NCBI GenBank assembly: GCA_009784525.1
Contig: WRBM01000004.1
Location: 13,083-77,082 of the forward strand
DNA length: 64,000 nucleotides
Reading direction: 5' to 3'
DNA from: Erysipelotrichales bacterium
GTDB lineage: Bacteria; Bacillota_I; Bacilli_A; Acholeplasmatales; WRBM01
The notes under the pieces are model-generated. The model was given only the letters and a program-made list of their open reading frames with translations, was not told where the DNA came from and did no database searches. Of this stretch, positions 18,767 through 27,963 are shown one piece after another (position 1 is the stretch's first letter; the number at the start of each line of letters is the position of its first letter). Position numbers and translations under genes: made by a program.

Positions 18767-20362
18767 GTGAAAAAAAGCATAGTTTTTCTAGCGTTAATTT
18801 CAATAACTTTAATACTTATTGGCTGTTCACAAACTCCAGTTTATGCGATTAATTATCTTGATGTTGGAGGCGAAACTTTTAGTGGTCGCCATGGACTTGA
18901 TCATCCAACAACACATACCTCTGGAAGACAAACAACCTTAGTAGAGCCAACTAGGCGAGCTCACCGGTTTTTAGGTTGGTTCTTGGAAGTTGATGGCAGT
19001 GGAGAAATAAGAAATTATCTTGGCGCAAATGAGTTTAGCGATGACATTACATTACACGCTAAATGGCAGGAGGCAGAGATTGTTGATGTGTTATTTAATC
19101 CTCAAGGTGGTACACCAGTAGCGCCACAAGAGGTTATTATCGGAACTAGGGCAATTGAGCCTGTTGCGCCTACTAGAGATGGTCACAGATTTAATGGTTG
19201 GTTATTAAATGGAGAGCCTTTTAACTTTAATACTGAACTTAATAATAATATCACTTTAATGGCTAGTTGGGTTTCTTTATTAGATGGATTCCTTTATGTA
19301 TCTGTCGGAACAACCCATAATATTGGCATTGATTCAGTTGGACAACTATGGAGTTGGGGACTAAATGCCTATGGAAGAACAGCACAAGACATTTGGCTGA
19401 CAATAACCTTCTCGCCAGCTGCTATCTATACAGGAACTGTGAGATTTAGTCATGTTTCAGCTGGTTTTGATCATAATATCGCTGTTGATAGAGAAGGAAG
19501 ACTTTGGTCTTGGGGAAATAATATCAACGGCAGAACGGGTTTAGGTATTAGTGAAGGTTATACAGCAACACCGAAACTAATTGATACAGGAACAAACAGA
19601 TTTACATATGTCTCAACAAGAGAGTTTCACAATATCGCAATTGATAGAGAGGGAAAACTTTGGAGTTGGGGGAGTAATGCAAGTGGTAAAACCGGACTAG
19701 GAATATCTGAGGGACATACTTTAGTTCCGACTCGAATTGAAGGTTTAGATGTTAACTTCGTACAAATTTCTGCAGGGAATATGCATAGTACAGCTATTGA
19801 TGAAGAAGGAAGACTTTGGTCTTGGGGGAATAATATCAATGGAAGATTAGGCAATATTAAGACAACAAATGTTTTGGTGCCTACTTTGATTGATACAGGT
19901 TATATCAGATTTACTTATGTAACATCAGCATTTGATCACAACCTAGCGATAGATGGTTTTGGTAGGTTATGGAGTTTTGGTAATAATATTTATGGGCAGA
20001 CTGGTTTAGGAATAGAAGAAGGTATTATGTCGATACCAACTTTAATAGATACTGGCGAAACAAGATTTATCAGAATAGCAACCTCAAGAGGCCTTAGCCA
20101 TGCGATTGATACTAATGGAAATATGTGGAGTTTTGGCAATAATTTATTTGCAAGTACCGGCTTTGGCATAGAGGAAGGATATACACTTTTTCCGACTATG
20201 ATTGAATTAGGAGCTATCAGATTTATGCATATTTCTGCGAGTACCCATAGTATTGCTATTGACTCACAGGGAAGGTTTTGGAGTTGGGGTAATAATAATG
20301 CAAGCGCAACAGGTCATGGAGAACTTGAATATAGTACATTAGTACCAACTTTAATCAGATAG
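18767..20362 (+). CDS. Lipoprotein with N-terminal Listeria-Bacteroides (flg_new) repeats and C-terminal RCC1-like beta-propeller repeats
   Basis: Signal peptide + lipobox LIGC. HRFLGWF / HRFNGWLLNGEPF flg_new motifs. At least 8 repeats of the W(S/T)WG.N..G..G type (RCC1 family). Confidence 0.75.
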   Translation: MKKSIVFLALISITLILIGCSQTPVYAINYLDVGGETFSGRHGLDHPTTHTSGRQTTLVEPTRRAHRFLGWFLEVDGSGEIRNYLGANEFSDDITLHAKWQEAEIVDVLFNPQGGTPVAPQEVIIGTRAIEPVAPTRDGHRFNGWLLNGEPFNFNTELNNNITLMASWVSLLDGFLYVSVGTTHNIGIDSVGQLWSWGLNAYGRTAQDIWLTITFSPAAIYTGTVRFSHVSAGFDHNIAVDREGRLWSWGNNINGRTGLGISEGYTATPKLIDTGTNRFTYVSTREFHNIAIDREGKLWSWGSNASGKTGLGISEGHTLVPTRIEGLDVNFVQISAGNMHSTAIDEEGRLWSWGNNINGRLGNIKTTNVLVPTLIDTGYIRFTYVTSAFDHNLAIDGFGRLWSFGNNIYGQTGLGIEEGIMSIPTLIDTGETRFIRIATSRGLSHAIDTNGNMWSFGNNLFASTGFGIEEGYTLFPTMIELGAIRFMHISASTHSIAIDSQGRFWSWGNNNASATGHGELEYSTLVPTLIR

Positions 20363-20594
20363 AATATTAAATTTAGAAACAGGTAAATCGGCTCAGGTAG
20401 GCTAGTTGCCTGTTTTTATATTTAAACCGTATCGAGTTATAAGAAAAAAAATCGAATTTTGAGAGAGATTTAAAAAAAGAAAAAACTAAGTTGCTTTACA
20501 GATAATTATTTGATATAATTATAAGAAGAAAGACTATTGTATTTAATGAGTAAAATAACCGAGAATTATTTTCGTTGTAGGGGGGGCATAAACA

Positions 20595-21953
20595 ATGATA
20601 CATGAAACAGACTGTATTGAATTAAAAAGTCAACTAACTGATGATATAGAAAAGACAGTCGTTGCATTTTTGAATGCCTCAGGTGGGGAACTTCGAGTTG
20701 GTGTTAATCAAGATGGAACTTACTGTGATTTGGATGATTATGACAAAATTGCTCTTTCTTTAGTAGATAGAATTAAAAATAATATTTTGCCTTTTACGCT
20801 TGGACTTTTTAGCGTAAAACCTAAGATTGGCGATAATGGTAAAGAATATTTAGAAGTTAAAATTGCTAGTGGAAGTGAAAAACCATTTTATATTAAGAAA
20901 TATGGAATGTCACCAAAAGGCTGTTATATTAGAGTAGGTACGCAAAATTCGCAGATGTCACAAGAAATGATAGATAATCTATATTCACGTCGGTCAATGC
21001 ATACTTTACATAAAGTAGTTTCTCCGAGACAGAATTTAACGTTTAGTCAACTTAAAATTTATTATGACGAATTAGGTTATAATACTGATAGTGAAAACTT
21101 TTTGCATAATTTAGATTTTTACACCGAAGATGGTAAGTTTAATTATGCGGCATATTTGATGGCAGATAGTAATGCAGTTTCAATTAAGGTTGTACAATAC
21201 AGAGGAACAGACAAAATTGAAATTCGCAGTAAATATGAATGTGGAAATTGCTCACTTATTAAAGCAGCATACGCGATTATGGATAAGCTTGAACTTTACA
21301 ATGAAACAGCAGTTGAAATAACTTATCCAAAAAGAATTGAAACGCCTCTTGTCGAAAAAGTTGCTTTAAGAGAGGCTGTACTTAATAGTTTGATCCACAA
21401 TGATTATATTCGGGGTGCATACCCATTAGTTGAATTTTTTTCTGATAGAGTAGAGGTAACCTCATCAGGGGGATTGCCATTAGGGCAAACACGAGAAGAC
21501 TTTTTTAAGGGCAAATCTTTGCCTCGCAATCGCGAGATTATGAGAATATTCTCCAACATGGATTTAGGCGAACAGCTTGGTTCAGGTATGAAACGAATAC
21601 TTCAGACTTATAGTGAAAATGATTTTGAGATTAGCGATTTCTTTGTGACTGCTAAATTTAACTATAACTCACACGCAATGAAGTTGTTAAAAGGTGAAAA
21701 ATCTATCACTGCAGCCTCACTGCAATGCCACTGCAATATCACTGCAACTTTACCACATCTTAATAAAAATCAAAAGCGTATAATGGAATTAATTAGTTAC
21801 GACAAAAACATTACCAGAGAGTCTATTGCTTTAGAGATAGGTGTGTCTATTAGAACAGTAGACAACAACATCAAACAGCTTAAAGAAAGAGGTCTGCTAG
21901 AGCGCTTCGGTAAAGATAATGGCGGACAATGGCTGATAAATTTAAATGATTGA
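20595..21953 (+). CDS. Schlafen-like AlbA_2 domain + HATPase_c_4-like domain + C-terminal wHTH protein (COG2865, often mis-annotated as RecG-like)
   Basis: N-terminus IELKSQLTDDIEKTVVAFLNASGGELRVGVNQDG (AlbA_2 signature). Core REAVLNSLIHNDY. C-terminal HTH RESIALEIGVSIRTVDNNIKQLKERGLLER. Confidence 0.75.
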   Translation: MIHETDCIELKSQLTDDIEKTVVAFLNASGGELRVGVNQDGTYCDLDDYDKIALSLVDRIKNNILPFTLGLFSVKPKIGDNGKEYLEVKIASGSEKPFYIKKYGMSPKGCYIRVGTQNSQMSQEMIDNLYSRRSMHTLHKVVSPRQNLTFSQLKIYYDELGYNTDSENFLHNLDFYTEDGKFNYAAYLMADSNAVSIKVVQYRGTDKIEIRSKYECGNCSLIKAAYAIMDKLELYNETAVEITYPKRIETPLVEKVALREAVLNSLIHNDYIRGAYPLVEFFSDRVEVTSSGGLPLGQTREDFFKGKSLPRNREIMRIFSNMDLGEQLGSGMKRILQTYSENDFEISDFFVTAKFNYNSHAMKLLKGEKSITAASLQCHCNITATLPHLNKNQKRIMELISYDKNITRESIALEIGVSIRTVDNNIKQLKERGLLERFGKDNGGQWLINLND

Positions 21954-22137
21954 AAAATTAAACAGTCGAATAAAATGCATTTTAAGGCACTTTATCTGAG
22001 AAAGATAACAGTGTCTTTTTCGTATAATAAAAGCTAAGAGTTTAAAAACTTAATATAACTGATTAATTTTTCCTTTAAATGATAAATTTTATGATAAAAT
22101 AGTCTTAATAGATTTTATCTGGAAGGGACTGATATAA

Positions 22138-23544
22138 ATGTCATATTCAAAATTTTTAGAGTCAAGGAAACAAGCATGTCTCAAATTAATTGAGTTAATG
22201 TCTAAAGATTTTCCTTATGTATCAATTCTTGGAACCCATGTAAGTGGTCGTCAGGTCAGAGTTGATGACAAAACAACAGTAATAGCTGGTTCACAAGATG
22301 AAGAGTGCGGATTTGTTGTTAAGTTTTATAATCAAAATCATTATTCTGAATATTCATGCGATAACTTAGAGGAAACTTCGCTTTTAGAATTAGTTGAAAA
22401 AATTAAAGCATCTACTAAATTATCTGCAGAAACAACAAAAAATTGTGTTGAAGCTGGACTATTACAAGAAGAAAAGATAAAAAAATCATTTTCTCGTAAT
22501 CCAGAAGGCAAAAGCCTTAGCCTTCAGGAAGTTGTAGAAAAACTAAAAAGCGCCAAAGATGAGATTATGAAAACAAATCCATTAGTTATTAACGGCATAA
22601 CTGCTTATAATTCTATGACAGTTTCTAAATGTTTTTATTCAACAAACAAAGAACTTGAACAATACTATACTTGGACTGATGTTAACGTAGTCGCAGTTGT
22701 TCGTCAGGAAAATAATGTCAAATATTATTATGATAGTATCAGTGATGCCAGTGAAGAGAAGTGCTTTGACAAATTAACAAGTAAACTCCCTGAAATTGTT
22801 AATACAGCGATTTTATTGCTTGATTCCAAACCATGTACTCCAGGCATCTATGATGTCATAACTGATCCATCAATTACCGGATTAATAGCTCATGAAGCGT
22901 TTGGCCATGGTGTAGAAATGGATATGTTTGTTAAAAACCGAGCTCTAGCAAAAGACTATATCGGCAAAGAGATTGCTAGTCCGTTAGTAAAAATGCATGA
23001 TGGCGCTAAAAGTGCAATAAATGTAGCTTCTTACTTTTTTGATGACGAAGGCGTTTTAGCCCAAGATACAGTTATCATTAAAGATGGCATTTTACAGACA
23101 GGAATCAGTGATTGTTTATCGGCTTTACAACTTGACACAAAATCAACTGGTAATGGCCGTCGGGAAAGTTATAAAAGAAAAGCTTATTCCAGAATGACGA
23201 ATACTTTTTTTGGACCAGGCACTAGCACATTAGAAGAAATGATTAAATCAATTGATCATGGATATTATATTTCCACAACTTCAAATGGTATGGAAGATCC
23301 GAAAAATTGGGGCATCCAATGTGTTGCGCTTTATGGAAAAGAAATCAAAGACGGAAGATTTACTGGTGCTATTTTTTCGCCAGTAGTCATGAGCGGCAAT
23401 GTTCCGGATCTTTTAAAATCAATTTCTATGGTTTCTAAGGATTTTGTGATTAGCGGCGGCGGCTTTTGTGGTAAAGGCTATAAAGAATGGGTGAGAGTCA
23501 GTGATGGCGGACCTTATTTGAAAGCGAGAGTGAAATTAGGATGA
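22138..23544 (+). CDS. tldD: Metalloprotease TldD
   Basis: HEAFGHGVE (HExxxH zinc motif). Typical TldD length and C-terminal GGxCGKG motif (GGGFCGKG). Confidence 0.85.
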   Translation: MSYSKFLESRKQACLKLIELMSKDFPYVSILGTHVSGRQVRVDDKTTVIAGSQDEECGFVVKFYNQNHYSEYSCDNLEETSLLELVEKIKASTKLSAETTKNCVEAGLLQEEKIKKSFSRNPEGKSLSLQEVVEKLKSAKDEIMKTNPLVINGITAYNSMTVSKCFYSTNKELEQYYTWTDVNVVAVVRQENNVKYYYDSISDASEEKCFDKLTSKLPEIVNTAILLLDSKPCTPGIYDVITDPSITGLIAHEAFGHGVEMDMFVKNRALAKDYIGKEIASPLVKMHDGAKSAINVASYFFDDEGVLAQDTVIIKDGILQTGISDCLSALQLDTKSTGNGRRESYKRKAYSRMTNTFFGPGTSTLEEMIKSIDHGYYISTTSNGMEDPKNWGIQCVALYGKEIKDGRFTGAIFSPVVMSGNVPDLLKSISMVSKDFVISGGGFCGKGYKEWVRVSDGGPYLKARVKLG

Positions 23545-24824
23545 TTAAAAGGATTGAAGAATTACTTAAAGCAAATAAAGATGTTAATGCTTATCGTATT
23601 ACGGAAAAACACAATGAAAGTGTTGAGCTTTTTTATGTACTTAAAAAGTTAGAAACAAACAGAGCAACTGATTATACAGAATATAGCGTTACTGTTTATC
23701 GTGATTTTAATAATTTTCGTGGCTCAGCTACTTTTAGTGTTGCGATATCCGCAACTGATCAAGAAATCAAAAAGAAAATTGAAGAAGCAGTTTATGCCGC
23801 TTCCTTTGTGGAGAATCCTTTCTTTGAACTTCCTAAAAAAGAAAGTTTTAGTTATGATTATCGCTCTAATTTAACAGATAAACCATTAGTTTCTTTTATC
23901 AATCAAGTGGCAGATGCAGTTTTTAAGGCTGATATTCATCAAGATGGCTGGATTAATTCTACAGAAATATTTTTACATAGAATTCAAAGTACAATCGTTA
24001 ACTCCAACGGAATTGAAGCAAGCTATGAAAATCATAAAGTAATGATTGAAGTTATTCCAACCTGGAAAAATGACAACGAAGAAGTTGAACTATATAAAGC
24101 AATCGAAATGTCTGAGTTAAACCTTGATAAAATAACAAGTGATGTTAAAGATATTCTATTATTAGCTAAAGAGCGTTCTTTAGCTGTAGCGATTCCGGCT
24201 AATCTAAAATGCAATATTATTCTTCAAGAAGAGGAAGTGGAAAGTATTTTCCAAGGTTTTGCTCAGGACTTACATTATTCGTCAGCTTATCGGAAAATGT
24301 CTTTATCAGAAGTTGGCAAATCTGTTCAAACTGATGAAGTTGTTGGCGATAAGATTGACGTTTCATTAACTCCTTATCTTGCTGGTTCAACTTACAGTAA
24401 GCCAGTTGATGATGACGGTGTTGTTTTAAAAGAAATTAAGATTATTGAAAACGGAATCGCCAAAAATCTTTATGGTAATAATCAAACAGGTTTTTATCTA
24501 GGAATCAAAAATCCAACTGGTAATATTCCTAATGTTATTGCTAAAGCAGGAACAAAAAGCTTTTCTGAAATGCAGAAAGAACCGCATATTTACTGTGTTA
24601 GTTTTAGTGGTATGCAGTTTGATTTATATTCTGGTTTTTTCGGCGGTGAAGTTCGTCTTGGTTTTTACTTTGATGGCAAAAAAACAGTTCCAGTTACTGG
24701 TTTTAGCATTAGTGGCGACATTCATGAAGCTAAAAAGAATTTAGTCTTTTCTAAAGAAGAAACAGTTAGAAATGGTTATAAAGGTCCTAAATATCTGGAA
24801 ATCAAAGATATGCAGATATTATAA
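23541..24824 (+). CDS. pmbA: TldE/PmbA, metalloprotease partner subunit
   Basis: Translationally coupled to tldD (ATGA overlap). PmbA/TldD-family fold without HExxxH. Typical ~430 aa. Confidence 0.75.
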   Translation: MIKRIEELLKANKDVNAYRITEKHNESVELFYVLKKLETNRATDYTEYSVTVYRDFNNFRGSATFSVAISATDQEIKKKIEEAVYAASFVENPFFELPKKESFSYDYRSNLTDKPLVSFINQVADAVFKADIHQDGWINSTEIFLHRIQSTIVNSNGIEASYENHKVMIEVIPTWKNDNEEVELYKAIEMSELNLDKITSDVKDILLLAKERSLAVAIPANLKCNIILQEEEVESIFQGFAQDLHYSSAYRKMSLSEVGKSVQTDEVVGDKIDVSLTPYLAGSTYSKPVDDDGVVLKEIKIIENGIAKNLYGNNQTGFYLGIKNPTGNIPNVIAKAGTKSFSEMQKEPHIYCVSFSGMQFDLYSGFFGGEVRLGFYFDGKKTVPVTGFSISGDIHEAKKNLVFSKEETVRNGYKGPKYLEIKDMQIL

Positions 24825-24924
24825 GTAGAGCTATTTTGAATGACGAAGGAAATCTTCAACTCAAGAAACTAAAAGACAAATTTTTAAGCCAGGAAAAAAG
24901 CTTTTTTAGTTCGATATCGGACTT

Positions 24925-24975
24925 TTCTAACATTCTAACTTGCTTTTTTGGTTAGAATGTGTTAGAATGTTAGAA
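24925..24975. promoter_or_regulatory. Perfect 15-bp inverted repeat TTCTAACATTCTAAC-N21-GTTAGAATGTTAGAA (plus an extra GTTAGAATGT copy) immediately upstream of the RBS of the second COG2865 gene
   Basis: Read directly from the sequence. Half-sites GTTAGAA are reiterated 3-4 times. The T-run lies in the loop, not 3' of the stem, so it is more likely an operator than a terminator. Confidence 0.45.
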
Positions 24976-24991
24976 AGAGGAGTGAGTTATT

Positions 24992-26284
24992 GTGAATTTG
25001 AAAGAAAGTGAAAATGTTGAATTCAAAATTCAAGTTATAGATGAAATAAAAAAATGTGTTATTGCATTTGCGAATAGTGGTGGTGGGATATTATATATCG
25101 GTGTTGACGATGACGGTGAAATAGTTGGGATTGCAGAGGCTGAAACTGCTTTAATGAATGTCAATAATATGTTGCGCGATGGAATTAAGCCAGATGTAAC
25201 ACTGTTTGTGAAAAGCCAAATTGAAAGAAAAAATGATAAAAAAATAATAAAAGTTGATATTCAAAGCGGAACAGAACGTCCTTATTATCTCGTTGGAAAA
25301 GGAATTCGACCAGATGGAGTTTTTATCCGTCATGGTGCGGCTTCCGTGCCAGCAACAGATACTGCAATTCGAAAAATGATTCGAGAGACAGACGGTGATA
25401 GCTATGAAAAAGTTCGCTCACTTGAGCAAAAATTAACTTTTGAAGCAGCAAAAGCAGAATTTGATAAACGAAAAGTCCAATTTGGTAGTTTGCAGATGGC
25501 TACGTTGGGTATGATAAATTCTGAAAAAATTTATTCAAATCTTGCTTTGCTTTTATCTGAGCAATGTTATCATTCGATAAAGGTAGCAATCTTTCAGGAT
25601 GAAACACAACAAGTCTTTAAAGATCGTCAAGAATTCGAAGGCTCTTTGTTTAAACAAATAAACGATGTATACAGTTATCTTAGTCTAAACAATAACATAA
25701 GGTCAACTTTTGAAAAATTACTTCGAATCGACCAAAGAGATTACCCAGAAGCAGCTTTAAGAGAAGCTTTATTAAATGCAATTGTTCATAGAGAATATGC
25801 AACAAGCAGTAGTATTCTTATCAAAATCTTTTCTAATCGCATTGAATTTATTTCGCCGGGCGGGTTAATTAACGGCATAGAGCTTGCTGATATAATGAGT
25901 GGTTATTCTATTTCTCGTAATCCTAACTTGGCAAAAATTTTCTATCGTTTACAGTTTGTTGAGGCATATGGTACTGGAATACTCAAAATTTTTGAAGCCT
26001 ACAAATTATCTGCTGTACAACCAAAAATTGAAGTTACGCCTAATGTTTTCAAGCTTATATTGCCGAATTTAAACGCAATCTTTTCAGTAGAAACGGGAAA
26101 AACATCGGAAGGAAAAATATTAGAATATATTCAAAATAATGGTTCGATTAATCGAAAGAAAACCGAGGAAATTCTTGGAATATCGCAGACAGCTACTGGT
26201 CTTATCCTTCGCAATTTAACAGAACAAGGTTTGATAGAACGGAAAGGTAATTCGCGAAATATTAATTATTATTTAAGAAAATAA
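24992..26284 (+). CDS. Second Schlafen-like AlbA_2 + HATPase_c_4 + wHTH protein (COG2865), divergent paralog
   Basis: N-terminus NVEFKIQVIDEIKKCVIAFANSGGGILYIGVDDDGEIVGI. Core REALLNAIVHREY. C-terminal HTH EEILGISQTATGLILRNLTEQGLIER. GTG start after AGGAGTGAG. Confidence 0.75.
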   Translation: MNLKESENVEFKIQVIDEIKKCVIAFANSGGGILYIGVDDDGEIVGIAEAETALMNVNNMLRDGIKPDVTLFVKSQIERKNDKKIIKVDIQSGTERPYYLVGKGIRPDGVFIRHGAASVPATDTAIRKMIRETDGDSYEKVRSLEQKLTFEAAKAEFDKRKVQFGSLQMATLGMINSEKIYSNLALLLSEQCYHSIKVAIFQDETQQVFKDRQEFEGSLFKQINDVYSYLSLNNNIRSTFEKLLRIDQRDYPEAALREALLNAIVHREYATSSSILIKIFSNRIEFISPGGLINGIELADIMSGYSISRNPNLAKIFYRLQFVEAYGTGILKIFEAYKLSAVQPKIEVTPNVFKLILPNLNAIFSVETGKTSEGKILEYIQNNGSINRKKTEEILGISQTATGLILRNLTEQGLIERKGNSRNINYYLRK

Positions 26285-26431
26285 TTGTTGAAAATTAATA
26301 ATATTAAAATTGAGTCATTATTTTTAAAGGATAATGTCTCTTTATTTTGCAGAAAAATGCCCAAAATAATAGTACTTTCGCCCAGACACATTTACTTTAG
26401 CCTAATATAATAAGTCTGAAAGGAAGATAAA

Positions 26432-27139
26432 ATGTTTAGTAATCCACAATTTTTTAAATATGTTGTAAGAAGTGGCGACACCTTACAGGAAATAGCGAGA
26501 CGCTATCAAGTAGACTTAAGAATGTTAATGCAATTTAATAATTTAAATACCCCTCATATTCATCCAAATATGGTGCTTTTTATCCCAACAAGCCATCATA
26601 CTCAACCTCCGCACGGAAACCATCCTGGTCATGGTATGCAGCCGCCACACGGACATATGCCACCACATGGTCATCCAGGGCATAATACCCCTCCGCATGG
26701 CAATCAACCTCCTCACCATAATCATCCAGAAACTATAGTACCTTTAATGGCTAGTGCGCCTATTAGAGATGTTTATGTGACGCGAACTGGAGATACCATT
26801 GAATCAATCGCTTCAAGTACTGGCGTAGATATCAGAACATTACTGATGAACAATGATTTCTTGCGCTTAAGATTAATGGGTAACCAACGTATCAGTACAG
26901 TTGATACGGGTATGGCCCCAAGAGATTATTCCAGCAATCCGGTTGCTAGTTCTATTAGTAGTTATTCTAGCACATCAGGCGATAATTTTTCGCTAAGTAG
27001 TTCTGAATCGCTTCATAGAGTTTCTGATCGGGATAGTTTAGATTCGATTCTTACTAAATATAATATCAGTTTAGATGATTTTATCAGTCTGAACAGAGAA
27101 GAATGGCTGCGCCCTGGCTCAAGTGTCAAAGTCAGCTAA
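26432..27139 (+). CDS. LysM-domain protein with a His/Pro/Gly-rich low-complexity linker
   Basis: LysM-like blocks (YVVRSGDTLQEIARRYQVDLRMLMQFNNL; YVTRTGDTIESIASSTGVDIRTLLMNND; SDRDSLDSILTKYNISLDDFISLN) separated by PPHGNHPGHGMQPPHGHMPPHGHPGHNTPPHGNQPPHHNHPE. Confidence 0.7.
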   Translation: MFSNPQFFKYVVRSGDTLQEIARRYQVDLRMLMQFNNLNTPHIHPNMVLFIPTSHHTQPPHGNHPGHGMQPPHGHMPPHGHPGHNTPPHGNQPPHHNHPETIVPLMASAPIRDVYVTRTGDTIESIASSTGVDIRTLLMNNDFLRLRLMGNQRISTVDTGMAPRDYSSNPVASSISSYSSTSGDNFSLSSSESLHRVSDRDSLDSILTKYNISLDDFISLNREEWLRPGSSVKVS

Positions 27140-27146
27140 ATCAGAC

Positions 27147-27170
27147 AACCGCAGCTTGCGGTTTTTCTTT
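27147..27170 (+). terminator. Rho-independent terminator after the LysM gene
   Basis: aaccgca-gct-tgcggtt followed by TTTTT. Confidence 0.6.
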
Positions 27171-27231
27171 TACGACAAAATCCGGCATAAAATTAATAAA
27201 TTGGACATATTATGGAGACTGAGGGATTCAA

Positions 27232-27963
27232 ATGTATTTTACTGATGAAAATATAAAGATTCATTATAAGAAAGAAGGGCTTAATGGTCCGGCAATAATT
27301 TTATTGCATGGCTGGGGACAAAGTTTGGAAACATTCGATTTTTTGATTAAGCACTTAAAAGAAAGCTATCAGGTTTTTGCGCTTGATTTACCAGGCTTTG
27401 GAAAGTCAGATCAGCCAACAAAAAGTTTAAGCATTGATGATTACGTCAAAACTTTAAAAAACTTTATCGCCTATGAGAAAATCGATAATTTTATTTTAGC
27501 AGGTCATTCTTTAGGTGGTCGCATCGCTATCAAATATTGTGCTAATAATCGGGTTAAAAAATTAATTCTTATCAATAGTGCTGGCATCAGACCAAAACGT
27601 GGTTTCAAATATTATTTCCGTGTCTATCGTTACAAGTTGCTGAAAAAGCTAGGAAGAACTAACCCTAATGCCGGTTCGGCTGACTATCGTAAGGCGACAC
27701 CAGTGATGAAAGGGACTTTAAGTCTTGTTGTCAAGGAAGATCTTAAGGTATATGCTGAAAGAATAAAAGCTGAAACTTTACTTATCTGGGGTTCTGATGA
27801 TCAGGTAACTCCTTTAAAGGATGCTTATACTTTTTTAAACTTGATTGATAATTCTGATTTAGTAATTATTCCAGGAACTGGTCATTTCTGTTATTTAGAA
27901 AATAAAGCGTATTTTTTAATGATAGTAAACAGTTTCTTACTGCGAGGTGAAGAGCATGATTAA
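27232..27963 (+). CDS. Alpha/beta-hydrolase fold protein
   Basis: HGWGQS oxyanion region, GHSLGG nucleophile elbow, C-terminal GTGHF catalytic His region. Confidence 0.8.
   Translation: MYFTDENIKIHYKKEGLNGPAIILLHGWGQSLETFDFLIKHLKESYQVFALDLPGFGKSDQPTKSLSIDDYVKTLKNFIAYEKIDNFILAGHSLGGRIAIKYCANNRVKKLILINSAGIRPKRGFKYYFRVYRYKLLKKLGRTNPNAGSADYRKATPVMKGTLSLVVKEDLKVYAERIKAETLLIWGSDDQVTPLKDAYTFLNLIDNSDLVIIPGTGHFCYLENKAYFLMIVNSFLLRGEEHD

Noticed and set aside
20540-20590. Partial similarity of AATTATTTTCGTTGT (upstream of the first COG2865 gene) to the AAATTTATTTTCGTTTTGT end of the 105-bp repeat
   Set aside because: Only about 13 of 15 matches in AT-rich DNA; likely chance.
21700-21745. Four spaced CACTGCA(A) motifs inside the first COG2865 gene
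   Set aside because: They encode the linker TAASLQCHCNITAT in frame. This is probably chance codon repetition in a low-complexity linker. There is no flanking symmetry to suggest a functional DNA site.
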